Of a stretch of 64,000 nucleotides of DNA, positions 29,804 to 38,284 are shown in pieces. Below the pieces are notes generated by a model, which saw only the letters and a list, made by a program, of their open reading frames with translations, ran no database searches and was not told the DNA's origin. The DNA is from Polyangiaceae bacterium (GTDB lineage: Bacteria; Myxococcota_A; Polyangia; Polyangiales; Polyangiaceae): the NCBI GenBank assembly GCA_050287085.1, contig JBNKBE010000025.1, forward strand, positions 19,097 to 83,096, written 5' to 3'. The position numbers and the translations under genes are program-made. The number at the start of each line of letters is the position of its first letter. Position 1 is the first letter of the stretch.

Positions 29804-31093
29804 TCAGGGAGCCCCACGTTCAGGCGCTCCAACCTTGACTCGTCCCCATTCGAATTCGACATGGCGGCGGAAGTGCGAGCGGCGATCCCCCCCATAGATC
29901 CACAGCATGCGCGGATTGTGGACGAGCTTGACGGTGGGCACGTACAGCCCGCTCGGCGCCCAATCCAAGACGTCGAGACGTCCCAGGGTGCGCCGCACCA
30001 ACAAGACCCCGCAGAGCCGCTGCGGCGCAGCCCCCGCGCACACCCCCGCCGCAAGCACTTCTTCGTTGACCACCGGACGCCACTCCCACAGGCGCAACAC
30101 TCGAGCTCGACCGCGTTTGCGAAGCTCCGCGTGTAGGGTTTCCGGGAGCGCCCGCTCGAGCGCTCCCGACAGCCCGGAATCGATCGGTGTAAGACGGCGC
30201 AACGGGAGCCCGCTCGTGACCCGGAGCGCGACTTCCGCGCGATTGCGCGCCCCAGCACAACAGCGAAACCCCACCTCCCTGGCCTCGTCGTTGGGATCTC
30301 GGCGCGCGGCGTTGGCGCAACGACCTACAACCTCGCCATCCGGGCCATTGCCCCCACGCACCACCACGTCCCGCCCGGTGCTTCCGCGCCCCCAGGGGCT
30401 GTCCGTCCACTCGAAAAGGCCACCGTGCATGTCCGCTACGCCGAAACCACTAACGCAGGAGAAGCGATGCCCACTGGGAAGCGGTCGCGTAGCCGTCCCG
30501 GTTCCACAACGCGCTGCGGAGTACGCATCTCCGTACTCGTAGGTTGTGTTGTCTGGCCCTTTACACGCCCGTTCCCACTCCAGCTCCGAGCAGAGCCGCT
30601 TGTCCTGCGCCTCGCAGAGAGAGCGAGCCTCAGCTTGAGTCACCTTTGTCTCGGGGATCGCGCCTTGTTCGTTGGGGTAGGCGAAGCGGTCGATGAAATA
30701 CCCCTCCAGAACAACCTGCTCACCGGGCATTTCGGAATCCGCCTTGCGCGGGAGGCGCTCGGGTGCTGTCCCGGCAATCAGAGCGCCCGGTGGGATCCAC
30801 ACCATCCCTCGCGGCACGGGCGGGGCCGTGCTCGCCGACGGCCAAGGACGGGCGCTCTGCTCGGGAACCGCACTGGCAACCGCGCTCTGGGCAGCCCCCC
30901 CTCCGCCTTCGTCGGACGGCTCGCATCCGAAAAGCGCAATCACCCACAGGGCCAGCCCAACCCCCGCACCAAGCCGCCCCAGAAAGGCCAAAGCCAGGGT
31001 CGCTTCGCACCGATCGTGCCGTCCGTCGGGCCCAGGACGCAATCGCCACCTTGGTCCATCGGGTTCCGTAGAGTATGGTGTCGACAACCGCAT
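29804..31093 (-). CDS. formylglycine-generating-enzyme (FGE-sulfatase) domain protein, predicted lipoprotein
   Basis: MVWIP.G, KRLCSE.EWERACKG, DM.G…EWT, RGG, GFRCC; start uncertain. Confidence 0.85.
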   Translation of the reverse strand: MRLSTPYSTEPDGPRWRLRPGPDGRHDRCEATLALAFLGRLGAGVGLALWVIALFGCEPSDEGGGGAAQSAVASAVPEQSARPWPSASTAPPVPRGMVWIPPGALIAGTAPERLPRKADSEMPGEQVVLEGYFIDRFAYPNEQGAIPETKVTQAEARSLCEAQDKRLCSELEWERACKGPDNTTYEYGDAYSAARCGTGTATRPLPSGHRFSCVSGFGVADMHGGLFEWTDSPWGRGSTGRDVVVRGGNGPDGEVVGRCANAARRDPNDEAREVGFRCCAGARNRAEVALRVTSGLPLRRLTPIDSGLSGALERALPETLHAELRKRGRARVLRLWEWRPVVNEEVLAAGVCAGAAPQRLCGVLLVRRTLGRLDVLDWAPSGLYVPTVKLVHNPRMLWIYGGDRRSHFRRHVEFEWGRVKVGAPERGAP

Positions 31094-31207
31094 CCGCCTG
31101 GCGGGTGTGGCGTAGCCCTCATGCGCGCCAGAATTCAAAGAAAACCCTCCGCGAGTGCCCCTGCCCAGTCGAGAAATTGGCCCGCGGACTCGCTCACGGG
31201 CGGCTTG

Positions 31208-32200
31208 GTGATTCGTATCTTGCGCAGCGCGGGACGTGAAAAGCTGATCGGAATGGGCATCGCGGCCCTGCTAGGAGCTGCAGCGCCGGCGCGGGCCCAA
31301 AAGGCAACGGCAGACCTGGCCCCCGAGGCTCAGCTCGAAACCGCCCCCACAGCAGCCCTTCCCCCCGAGCCACCCCCCCCGGCGGAGGGTGTCGAGGTGG
31401 CCGAAGATATGCCGCCCGCGCTCCAAGCCCGGGACACCTATCCCCCTTGTGAAGACGCACCGACCGAAAGCGGAACCGCCGCGGCGAAGGGCGCATTTCA
31501 CGCGGGCACGGCCGCATTCAACGAAGCGGACTATGAACGCGCCATCGTGTATTGGGAGGACGCCTTCAGACGGGACTGCACGGCGGTCGCCATGCTGAAG
31601 AACCTAGCGCGTGCTTATGAGCTGAACGATCAATACCAGAAAGCCATCGACGCGCTGACCACGTACGCAGCCCGCGCCAATCAACCCAGCGAAGGGGACG
31701 CGCTCGCTCGGCGGGTCCAGAATCTGGAACGCAAACAAGCGGAAGAACGGGCGCGCCGCGATGCGTCTCGAGCGCCGCAAGATGGCCCCAAGACGCCCGG
31801 GCAGGGGGACTTGGCCGGATCGTCGACGCCGGGCTGGGACGCCGAGATCGACGACAGCACCCAACCTGCGCGGAGCTTCGTGCCTTTGGTTTTTGCCGGA
31901 ATCGGGCTCGGGGCGGGTGTCCTTGGACTGGTGCAGTGGCAAAGCGCGGAAGCCGACCGCCGCAGAATCGAACGTCAGTGCCCCAACAGCGATTGCGGGC
32001 AGAACACACAGCTCGCCGCCGATGGCAACAACGCGCGCTCTCGCATCCAGCTCTGGGGCTGGGGCGTCACGGGGGGGGGCTCTGCCCTGCTTGTCGGGGG
32101 GGTGGTGTGGTACTTCTTGCAGTCGCCCGAGCCCAACGCCCCGCTCGCGCTCGAGCTCGGCCCGAGGTACGCCGGCGCGCGCCTACGCGGAACCTTCTGA
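31208..32200 (+). CDS. secreted TPR-containing protein with myxobacterial-type C-terminal hydrophobic/beta anchor
   Basis: Signal ending ARA, TPR helices (F..G.AAF…DYERAI..W..A; NLARAYE….Y.KAI), Gly-rich hydrophobic segments, terminal Phe (LRGTF). Confidence 0.75.
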   Translation: MIRILRSAGREKLIGMGIAALLGAAAPARAQKATADLAPEAQLETAPTAALPPEPPPPAEGVEVAEDMPPALQARDTYPPCEDAPTESGTAAAKGAFHAGTAAFNEADYERAIVYWEDAFRRDCTAVAMLKNLARAYELNDQYQKAIDALTTYAARANQPSEGDALARRVQNLERKQAEERARRDASRAPQDGPKTPGQGDLAGSSTPGWDAEIDDSTQPARSFVPLVFAGIGLGAGVLGLVQWQSAEADRRRIERQCPNSDCGQNTQLAADGNNARSRIQLWGWGVTGGGSALLVGGVVWYFLQSPEPNAPLALELGPRYAGARLRGTF

Positions 32201-32259
32201 CCCGCTCCCGCCGTCTGATCCGCTGCCGCCGACTGACCCGCTCCCGCCGACTGACCGCT
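32197..32259. repeat. 18-bp tandem repeat, ~3.5 copies (CTGACCCGCTCCCGCCGA)
   Basis: Units start at 32197, 32215, 32233 and 32251 (partial). Confidence 0.9.
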
Positions 32260-32291
32260 TCGGCCCACCAGACGTGACCTCGAGCTAGCCC

Positions 32292-32666
32292 TCAGTCCGA
32301 CGCTTCGGTCGCCTCTGCGCTGAAATCGACCTGCTCGCTAGCCGGGGCCCGACCCCAAGTGGTCGGTGGGGTTCCCCCAGCGGCGTCCAAGGGCTCCGTG
32401 GGAGCGGCGGCCGTCGCCGCAGAGGGAGAGGCCGCCGCCGAAGGCACGGGCGCCGCGGAATTCGGCGGCGCAGGTGCAAGGGCCGGTCGAGTGACGCCCT
32501 CAGAGACAGACTCTGCCGGAGCAGGTGCCAACGGGAATGGGGTCTCGCTGCTGGAGCCGCCACAAGCCAAGAGCACTAGCGCGGCCCCGGCCGCCACCAG
32601 CACGGTACCGCGCTGGCTTCGCGCTGAGGCTGCGCTCCCTCGAGCGTCGCGTAAAGCTTGATGCAT
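32292..32666 (-). CDS. small Pro/Ala-rich lipoprotein
   Basis: LVLLAC lipobox followed by low-complexity sequence. Confidence 0.6.
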   Translation of the reverse strand: MHQALRDARGSAASARSQRGTVLVAAGAALVLLACGGSSSETPFPLAPAPAESVSEGVTRPALAPAPPNSAAPVPSAAASPSAATAAAPTEPLDAAGGTPPTTWGRAPASEQVDFSAEATEASD

Positions 32667-32761
32667 GACGCGTGAGCCGTAGCGAACCCGCGCGCCGGTC
32701 GCAAGCTTCGCGAAGCCGATCGTCCTTGAGGGGCAGACGAGAAGGGCCCAAACTCCCCGCG

Positions 32762-33361
32762 ATGATTGGTAGACTCCGGGGCAAGCTCGTCGGCGATGAC
32801 GTGGACGGCACCGTATTGCTGGACGTCTCGGGTGTGGGCTATGAGCTCACGGTGCCCCTGGGCGCTCTCGGACGCGCGCGCGACGACCAAGAGGGCGCCT
32901 TGACCCTCGTCGTGCACACCCACGTCCGGGAAGACGCGATATTGCTTTTCGGTTTTGCCTCGGAGGCCGAGCGGCAGGTCTTTCGGATGCTCCTCACCTT
33001 ACCAGGGGTGGGGCCCAAACTCGCCATCGCCATCCTGAGCTCGCTGCCGCCCCGTGAACTCGCCGCCGCGGTGGCTGAAGGCGATTTGAAGCGGCTGGGC
33101 CGGATCCCGGGCGTCGGCCGCAAGACGGCCGAACGATTGGTGCTTGAACTGAAGGAAAAGTTGCCGAACGCGGACAGCGTTGCCACACCAAGACGCAGTG
33201 TTACCCGAGGTGACGATCGAGAACGACTACTCGGAGCGTTGACGAATATGGGATACAAGCCAGCCGAGGCGGAGCGCGGCATCAAAGGTCTGGAAGAGCG
33301 TATTGGGGTGGAGCCAATATCCGACCTTCTGCGAACGGCCCTCGCTGCCCTAACCAAATGA
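32762..33361 (+). CDS. ruvA: Holliday junction branch migration protein RuvA
   Basis: MIGRLRG, GVGYE, VREDA..LFGF, GVGPKLA, PGVG.KTAER..LELK. Confidence 0.97.
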   Translation: MIGRLRGKLVGDDVDGTVLLDVSGVGYELTVPLGALGRARDDQEGALTLVVHTHVREDAILLFGFASEAERQVFRMLLTLPGVGPKLAIAILSSLPPRELAAAVAEGDLKRLGRIPGVGRKTAERLVLELKEKLPNADSVATPRRSVTRGDDRERLLGALTNMGYKPAEAERGIKGLEERIGVEPISDLLRTALAALTK

Positions 33362-33468
33362 CGTCGAATGCGGACCGGGGTGCCAGAGAGCTTTGCCTCA
33401 GACCCAATCCGTCGTAAAAGCAACGAGAAAGGGTACCCCCGGCGCGCGCCGGGCCCCGAGGAGGCACG

Positions 33469-34449
33469 GTGATCAACTGCGCGAAATGCGGTAAGGACAA
33501 TCAAGACCACTACAAGTTCTGTCTGGGGTGCGGCGCAGAGCTTTCCCGAGAAGCCAGTCCCAGGCCATTTCAGGCCGATACTCCTCCCCACGGTGTTGCC
33601 GCCGCAGGGTCAACGGAACGGCCCGTTGCGGTCGCTTCGTCAGCGGCAGCAGCGCCCGCGATTCCAGTCGCCGCTCCCGGTGTACTCTGCCCTCAGTGCG
33701 GTCACGACAACGCCCCCACGAGCCGCTTCTGCGCGGGGTGTGGCTCCAATCTGTCACCGGCCGCAGCCCCGGCCCCGGCCCCGGTGGCGCAGCAACCGGT
33801 GGCTGGCTCCCTAAGCCACGTCCAATTGACAGCGCTCCGCGCGGACGGCACCGAGGCTGGAACGTACGTCTTTCCAAACGAAAGTCGGGTGCTCATCGGG
33901 CGTGATAGCGGTGGCATCTTTGCGGGCGACAGTTACCTATCCCCCAAGCACGCAAGCTTCTTGGCGCAGGGCGAGCAGTTGCTCGTTCGCGATGAAGGCT
34001 CGCTCAATGGGGTTTACCTGAAGCTGGCACCCAATCAACCCTGGCCACTGAAGTTCGGCGATGTATTCCGCATCGGACAAGAAATTATCCGAGTGGAGCC
34101 GCTCGAGGGTCAGGCTCCGACCGCTGATGGCGTGGAGCGCTTAGGCAGCCCCATCGAAGGTCTGGTGGCCAGGTTGGCACTCGTGATCGGTCGCGACACG
34201 ACCGGCAACGCGTTTCCCATTCCGCACTCCGGTGTGCACTGCGGACGGGAGCGAGGCGATATCCTATTTCCGGAGGACGGCTACGTGAGCGGACTGCACT
34301 GCTTCGTGGCTCCGGACCGAAATGGGCAATTGGTGCTGGCCGACGTCGGCTCATCCAACGGCACGTTCGTTCGCCTAATGAAGCAGCATCCGATCGTTGC
34401 CGGCGACGTGCTGTTGATGGGGCAACAACTCTTTCGCGTCGACCTTTGA
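33469..34449 (+). CDS. double-zinc-ribbon / tandem FHA domain protein
   Basis: Two C..CG..N…..FC..CG units; two FHA domains (GR…S..H…GS.NG). Confidence 0.9.
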   Translation: MINCAKCGKDNQDHYKFCLGCGAELSREASPRPFQADTPPHGVAAAGSTERPVAVASSAAAAPAIPVAAPGVLCPQCGHDNAPTSRFCAGCGSNLSPAAAPAPAPVAQQPVAGSLSHVQLTALRADGTEAGTYVFPNESRVLIGRDSGGIFAGDSYLSPKHASFLAQGEQLLVRDEGSLNGVYLKLAPNQPWPLKFGDVFRIGQEIIRVEPLEGQAPTADGVERLGSPIEGLVARLALVIGRDTTGNAFPIPHSGVHCGRERGDILFPEDGYVSGLHCFVAPDRNGQLVLADVGSSNGTFVRLMKQHPIVAGDVLLMGQQLFRVDL

Positions 34450-34473
34450 ACTGAACCCGCGGTAGCCAGAGCT

Positions 34474-34899
34474 ATGACGGGTGGCCAGACCAAAACGATC
34501 ATTCGCGTCGTTGCCGCAGTAGTGCAGTCGGGGGGGCGCTACCTAATCACGCGACGCCGCGCCAGTGCGGTCATGCCGCTGCTGTGGGAGTTCCCCGGGG
34601 GCCGGGTCGAGACGAACGAAAGCGACGCCGAAGCCCTTCAACGCGAGGTACGCCATCGCCTGGGCGTGGAAGTCCGAGTCAACTCGCTCATCGGGTTTGT
34701 GACTCACGAATACGAACGCTATGAAGTGGCCCTGCATCTGTATGATTGCGAGCTCAAGGACGGCGTGCCGCAGGCCGTCAACGTAAGTGACTTCGCCTGG
34801 GTCGCGAGCTCGGAGTTTGAGCGCTATCTCTTCACACCTGCCGACGAGGCTAGCGTCGCTGCCTTGCTCGGCCTCGATGCGTCAGAAAACGATAGCTGA
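34474..34899 (+). CDS. MutT-like NUDIX (d)NTP pyrophosphohydrolase
   Basis: WEFPGG.VE..ES..EAL.REV…LG Nudix box (RH in place of the usual EE), F.PAD. Confidence 0.85.
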   Translation: MTGGQTKTIIRVVAAVVQSGGRYLITRRRASAVMPLLWEFPGGRVETNESDAEALQREVRHRLGVEVRVNSLIGFVTHEYERYEVALHLYDCELKDGVPQAVNVSDFAWVASSEFERYLFTPADEASVAALLGLDASENDS

Positions 34900-35030
34900 A
34901 CCCACAAAGTCCTAGAGCTACGCCGCGTCCGGGGCGAAGTGGTGCGACAAGACCCGAAGGCACTACTGAATAGCGCGCTGAGAGCGGCACACCGGTTGCT
35001 CTCATGTGCGACTCCTGTCAGACTTTTCGC

Positions 35031-35747
35031 ATGCGCTATCTTTCTTTGCTTTGCGTCCTGACATGCCTGCCAGCGTGTGGTGGCGGCAACGATGAAACCC
35101 AATCCAAGACGGAAGTGACCGATGGATCGGAGACCGGAGACTCACGAGAGTTCAGCTTCGGTGACTTCGACGCCGTCGAACAACCCAAACCGCTGCTTCC
35201 CAACAAGGACGCCGACACCCCTCTCGGTGACCTGACGGATAAGGAATTCAAGGCGGCCTGCGAACCCTTCCTCGAAACGGCCACCGAAGTAGTGAGTAGC
35301 GCAGCCCAACTGTGTCAGATCGCCGCGTTCATTCAGGCGGCCAACGACGAGACGGCGGAGTCGGATAAGGACTTTCAAGCCGCGTGCAAAAACGCACAGT
35401 CGGAATGTGATACCGCTTCGGTGCTCCTCGAGGCAACGACCGAGGCGACAAGCTGCGGCGATGCGACCGACTGCGATGCCACCCTGGGTGAGCTCAACGA
35501 GTGCCGTCGCTCGCTGGTTATCGCCCATGAAGCGGTCTTGATACCCGCCGGTGGCTGGTCGTTGCCGGACTGCACGAAGACGACCGCGCGTGACGGCAGG
35601 TCCTTGGCCACGCAGTTGACCTTGCTGCTTGGTGTAGCGGCGGTGCAGCTCAGTGTTGATGCCGAGCAACCTGAGAGCAACGCATGCTCAGCGGTGCAAG
35701 AGAAGTGTCCGAACCTGGCTCAACTGCCTGATATTGCGGGCGGCTGA
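35031..35747 (+). CDS. Cys-rich hypothetical lipoprotein
   Basis: LPAC lipobox, acidic composition, 10 further Cys. Confidence 0.8.
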   Translation: MRYLSLLCVLTCLPACGGGNDETQSKTEVTDGSETGDSREFSFGDFDAVEQPKPLLPNKDADTPLGDLTDKEFKAACEPFLETATEVVSSAAQLCQIAAFIQAANDETAESDKDFQAACKNAQSECDTASVLLEATTEATSCGDATDCDATLGELNECRRSLVIAHEAVLIPAGGWSLPDCTKTTARDGRSLATQLTLLLGVAAVQLSVDAEQPESNACSAVQEKCPNLAQLPDIAGG

Positions 35748-35785
35748 AGCACTGCGGCTGAAACACTGCGACTGAAACACTGCAC
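35744..35785. repeat. 14-bp tandem repeat x3 (CTGAAACACTGCGA consensus)
   Basis: Units start at 35744, 35758 and 35772. Confidence 0.85.
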
Positions 35786-35817
35786 AACTCGAATGGGGCG
35801 CGGTCGAGTGAGGAGGC

Positions 35818-36522
35818 GTGTCGCCTCTGACCTGGACCGCTACCATCGCAGATTGGCTCGCCCCACAACGCTGCGCCGCTTGCCCAGCTTACCTAGCTCG
35901 AGCGCGTGACGTGTTCTGCCCGGACTGTACTCCACCGCGAAGTGCGCGGAGCACATCGAGGCAGAGCCGTCGCGCGATGGAACCAGACTGGCCCGTGTGG
36001 AGTGCCTTCAGCCACGAAGGAGCCGCTCGCCGCGCCGTGCTAGCCGCCAAGTACGGCGCTCGGCCAGAGCTTGCGCAGCGCCTCGGACAACTGCTCCATG
36101 AGCGGCTCTGCGCGGCACCTCAAGGTCTCGATTTGCCGGAAAACACGCGCCTTGTGCCCGTGCCGACATCAGCCTCCCGCCTGGCGGAACGGGGCTACAA
36201 CGCCGCCACCCTCCTGGCCCAAGGACTGGCCCGTGCTGCCGGGCTATCGCTCGCATACGGTGTCCTCGTGCGGCGCCACAACCCGGTGCGGCAGGCGGGT
36301 TTGACGCGCGGCGCGCGCCTGTCCAACGTCAGCGGGGACATATCCGCCCGCAAAGTACCCGGCGGGCCCTTGCTCCTGGTGGACGACGTGCTGACGACCG
36401 GAGCAACCCTGTCTGCCTGCCGCACGGCGTTGCTGGCCGCCGGGGCCGATGTAGTGGGTGCGGTCGTACTCAATGTTGCCCTGGAGCCCCGGGGCCCGAA
36501 GGACGGAGCGAGCCCCGCATAA
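35818..36522 (+). CDS. comF: ComF-family protein (zinc ribbon + phosphoribosyltransferase-like)
   Basis: C..C…C..C, VPVP, RGYN, LLVDDVLTTGAT. Confidence 0.9.
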   Translation: MSPLTWTATIADWLAPQRCAACPAYLARARDVFCPDCTPPRSARSTSRQSRRAMEPDWPVWSAFSHEGAARRAVLAAKYGARPELAQRLGQLLHERLCAAPQGLDLPENTRLVPVPTSASRLAERGYNAATLLAQGLARAAGLSLAYGVLVRRHNPVRQAGLTRGARLSNVSGDISARKVPGGPLLLVDDVLTTGATLSACRTALLAAGADVVGAVVLNVALEPRGPKDGASPA

Positions 36523-36546
36523 GACGTCTCGCCCGCACGCCGGTGC

Positions 36547-37980
36547 TCAGACTCCTGAAGGCTCCAGCTCGAGAAGGATCTGATAACCAAATAGCTCTGG
36601 CCGGAGTCGCGCTAGCACGTCGTCGACGCGCTCGACGGTAGAGGCGGCTGAAGCCGGCAGAACCCGCTCCCAAGGCACCGGTGTTGCCTCTTCTCGAACC
36701 AGCCGATATCCCGCCTCCTCACACAACCGTCGCGCGGATGCGCGAGTGAAGAAGCGCAGGTGTCCCCGATCGAGCAGGCCACGCTCCCCATACTCGAAAC
36801 GCCCCGCCAAGATCTGCGCGCGAACGGACCAATGCACCGCGTTCGGCAGCGAGATCATCACCCGTCCACCAAGCTCCAAGCGCGCCGCAAGTGATGTCAG
36901 CAAGGGCTCCGGCTCGGCCAGATGCTCGAGTACGTCAGCCACGACAATGCAATCAAATACTCGGCCATCGAGGCTCGGGAGCCCGGCCCGTATGTCGGCC
37001 TGAACGAAATTGGGCAGCGCTACAGCGGGGCGTTCGAAGTCGACGGAAACCACGTCGTGTCCCCGCTCAACGAGCTGTTGCGACAGCTCACCGGAACCAC
37101 ATCCCACATCCAGAACGCGCTTGCGCTCGGTACCTACCCAGTCGAGCAGCTTACCATGAGAGGACGTCCGACTGTGCTTGAGCGAATAACGCGGCCCAAG
37201 CTGATAACGTGGGAAATGGGCGAGCCCCATTTGGTGAAGACGCGAATCAATCACGGACCGAAACACGTCTCGCGCGTACTTCATGCCGTTCACATGACAG
37301 ATCTCGTCACCGTAGTAGGTCGGAATTGGCACTTCGACGATGCGTTTGCCCGCGCCATGCAACTGTATGATGATCTGAGTGTCAAAGTGAAAGTCGTGGG
37401 TGTTTTCGGCAAACGGTATCTCTTTGAGCGCAGCCACCGAGTACAGGCGATATCCAGAATGAAACTCGGTGAGATTCATTCCGAGGGCGGCGTTTTCGAA
37501 GACCGTTAGGATGCGGTTGCCCACGTACTTGTAGAGAGGCATCCCCCCCTTCAAAGCTGCGCCAGCCACGGCCATACGCGAACCGAAGACGGCATCCGCT
37601 TCGCCGCGGAGCAGCGGCTCAAGAAGCTGCGGCAACACCTCGGGGGCATATTGACCGTCGCCGTGCAGCAAAACGACGATGTCAAACCCACGTTCGATGG
37701 CGTATTGGTAGCCAAAGATTTGATTGCCACCGTAGCCAAGGTTCTTTTCATGTCGGAACATTCGCAGATTGCTCCGCCCCGACTGAGCCTTGTAGCCGAC
37801 GCCAACGTCGTAGGTGTCGTCGCGACTTGAATCGTCACAGACGAAAACCTCTTCGACCTGGGTCCAGACCGGTTCTGGGATGCGGTCTAGAACACTGGCC
37901 AGGGTCGACTCAGCGTTGTAGGCCACAACGAAGATGGCGATGCGGGGGGAGCGCTTGGCGGGTGGCGCAGACGGCGACAT
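36547..37980 (-). CDS. bifunctional GT2 glycosyltransferase / class I SAM methyltransferase
   Basis: AYNAE, NLGYGGNQ, LHGDGQY, EFHSGYR, IPTYYG; VLDVGCG.G, DVLEH, GLLD..HLRFFT. Confidence 0.92.
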   Translation of the reverse strand: MSPSAPPAKRSPRIAIFVVAYNAESTLASVLDRIPEPVWTQVEEVFVCDDSSRDDTYDVGVGYKAQSGRSNLRMFRHEKNLGYGGNQIFGYQYAIERGFDIVVLLHGDGQYAPEVLPQLLEPLLRGEADAVFGSRMAVAGAALKGGMPLYKYVGNRILTVFENAALGMNLTEFHSGYRLYSVAALKEIPFAENTHDFHFDTQIIIQLHGAGKRIVEVPIPTYYGDEICHVNGMKYARDVFRSVIDSRLHQMGLAHFPRYQLGPRYSLKHSRTSSHGKLLDWVGTERKRVLDVGCGSGELSQQLVERGHDVVSVDFERPAVALPNFVQADIRAGLPSLDGRVFDCIVVADVLEHLAEPEPLLTSLAARLELGGRVMISLPNAVHWSVRAQILAGRFEYGERGLLDRGHLRFFTRASARRLCEEAGYRLVREEATPVPWERVLPASAASTVERVDDVLARLRPELFGYQILLELEPSGV

Positions 37981-38284
37981 ATCCTCTTATTCCTGATCAG
38001 GTGCGGCAAAAAAGACAACCGCCTGCAACGCCGCAAATGCAGCCATTCCTAGCCTCGCCGCTACCACAAGTCGCCTTCCTGGAAAAGAGCCGCTCGCACC
38101 GTGGTCGGTTCCGCGCTTCAACGCAGGTGGCCGGTGGCACACCAGCACTCGCTAGAACCAGCCGACGGGAAGATTGTGACCTCGATGCATCGATGAGCAA
38201 GTCGGCGCAGGCCCTAGCGTATCACCAGTATTTCACTGCACGAACGCTCCTTCACTGGCAGAGCCTTCGCCCGCCCGCAACCGC

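Noticed and set aside
30425..31207. N-terminal ~260 aa of ORF 30425..32200
   Set aside because: Arg-rich shadow of the FGE-domain gene on the opposite strand; the real gene starts near 31208-31254
37997..38200. Cys-rich 67-aa ORF in the dsbD/glycosyltransferase gap
   Set aside because: No RBS, motif or other support; treated as intergenic
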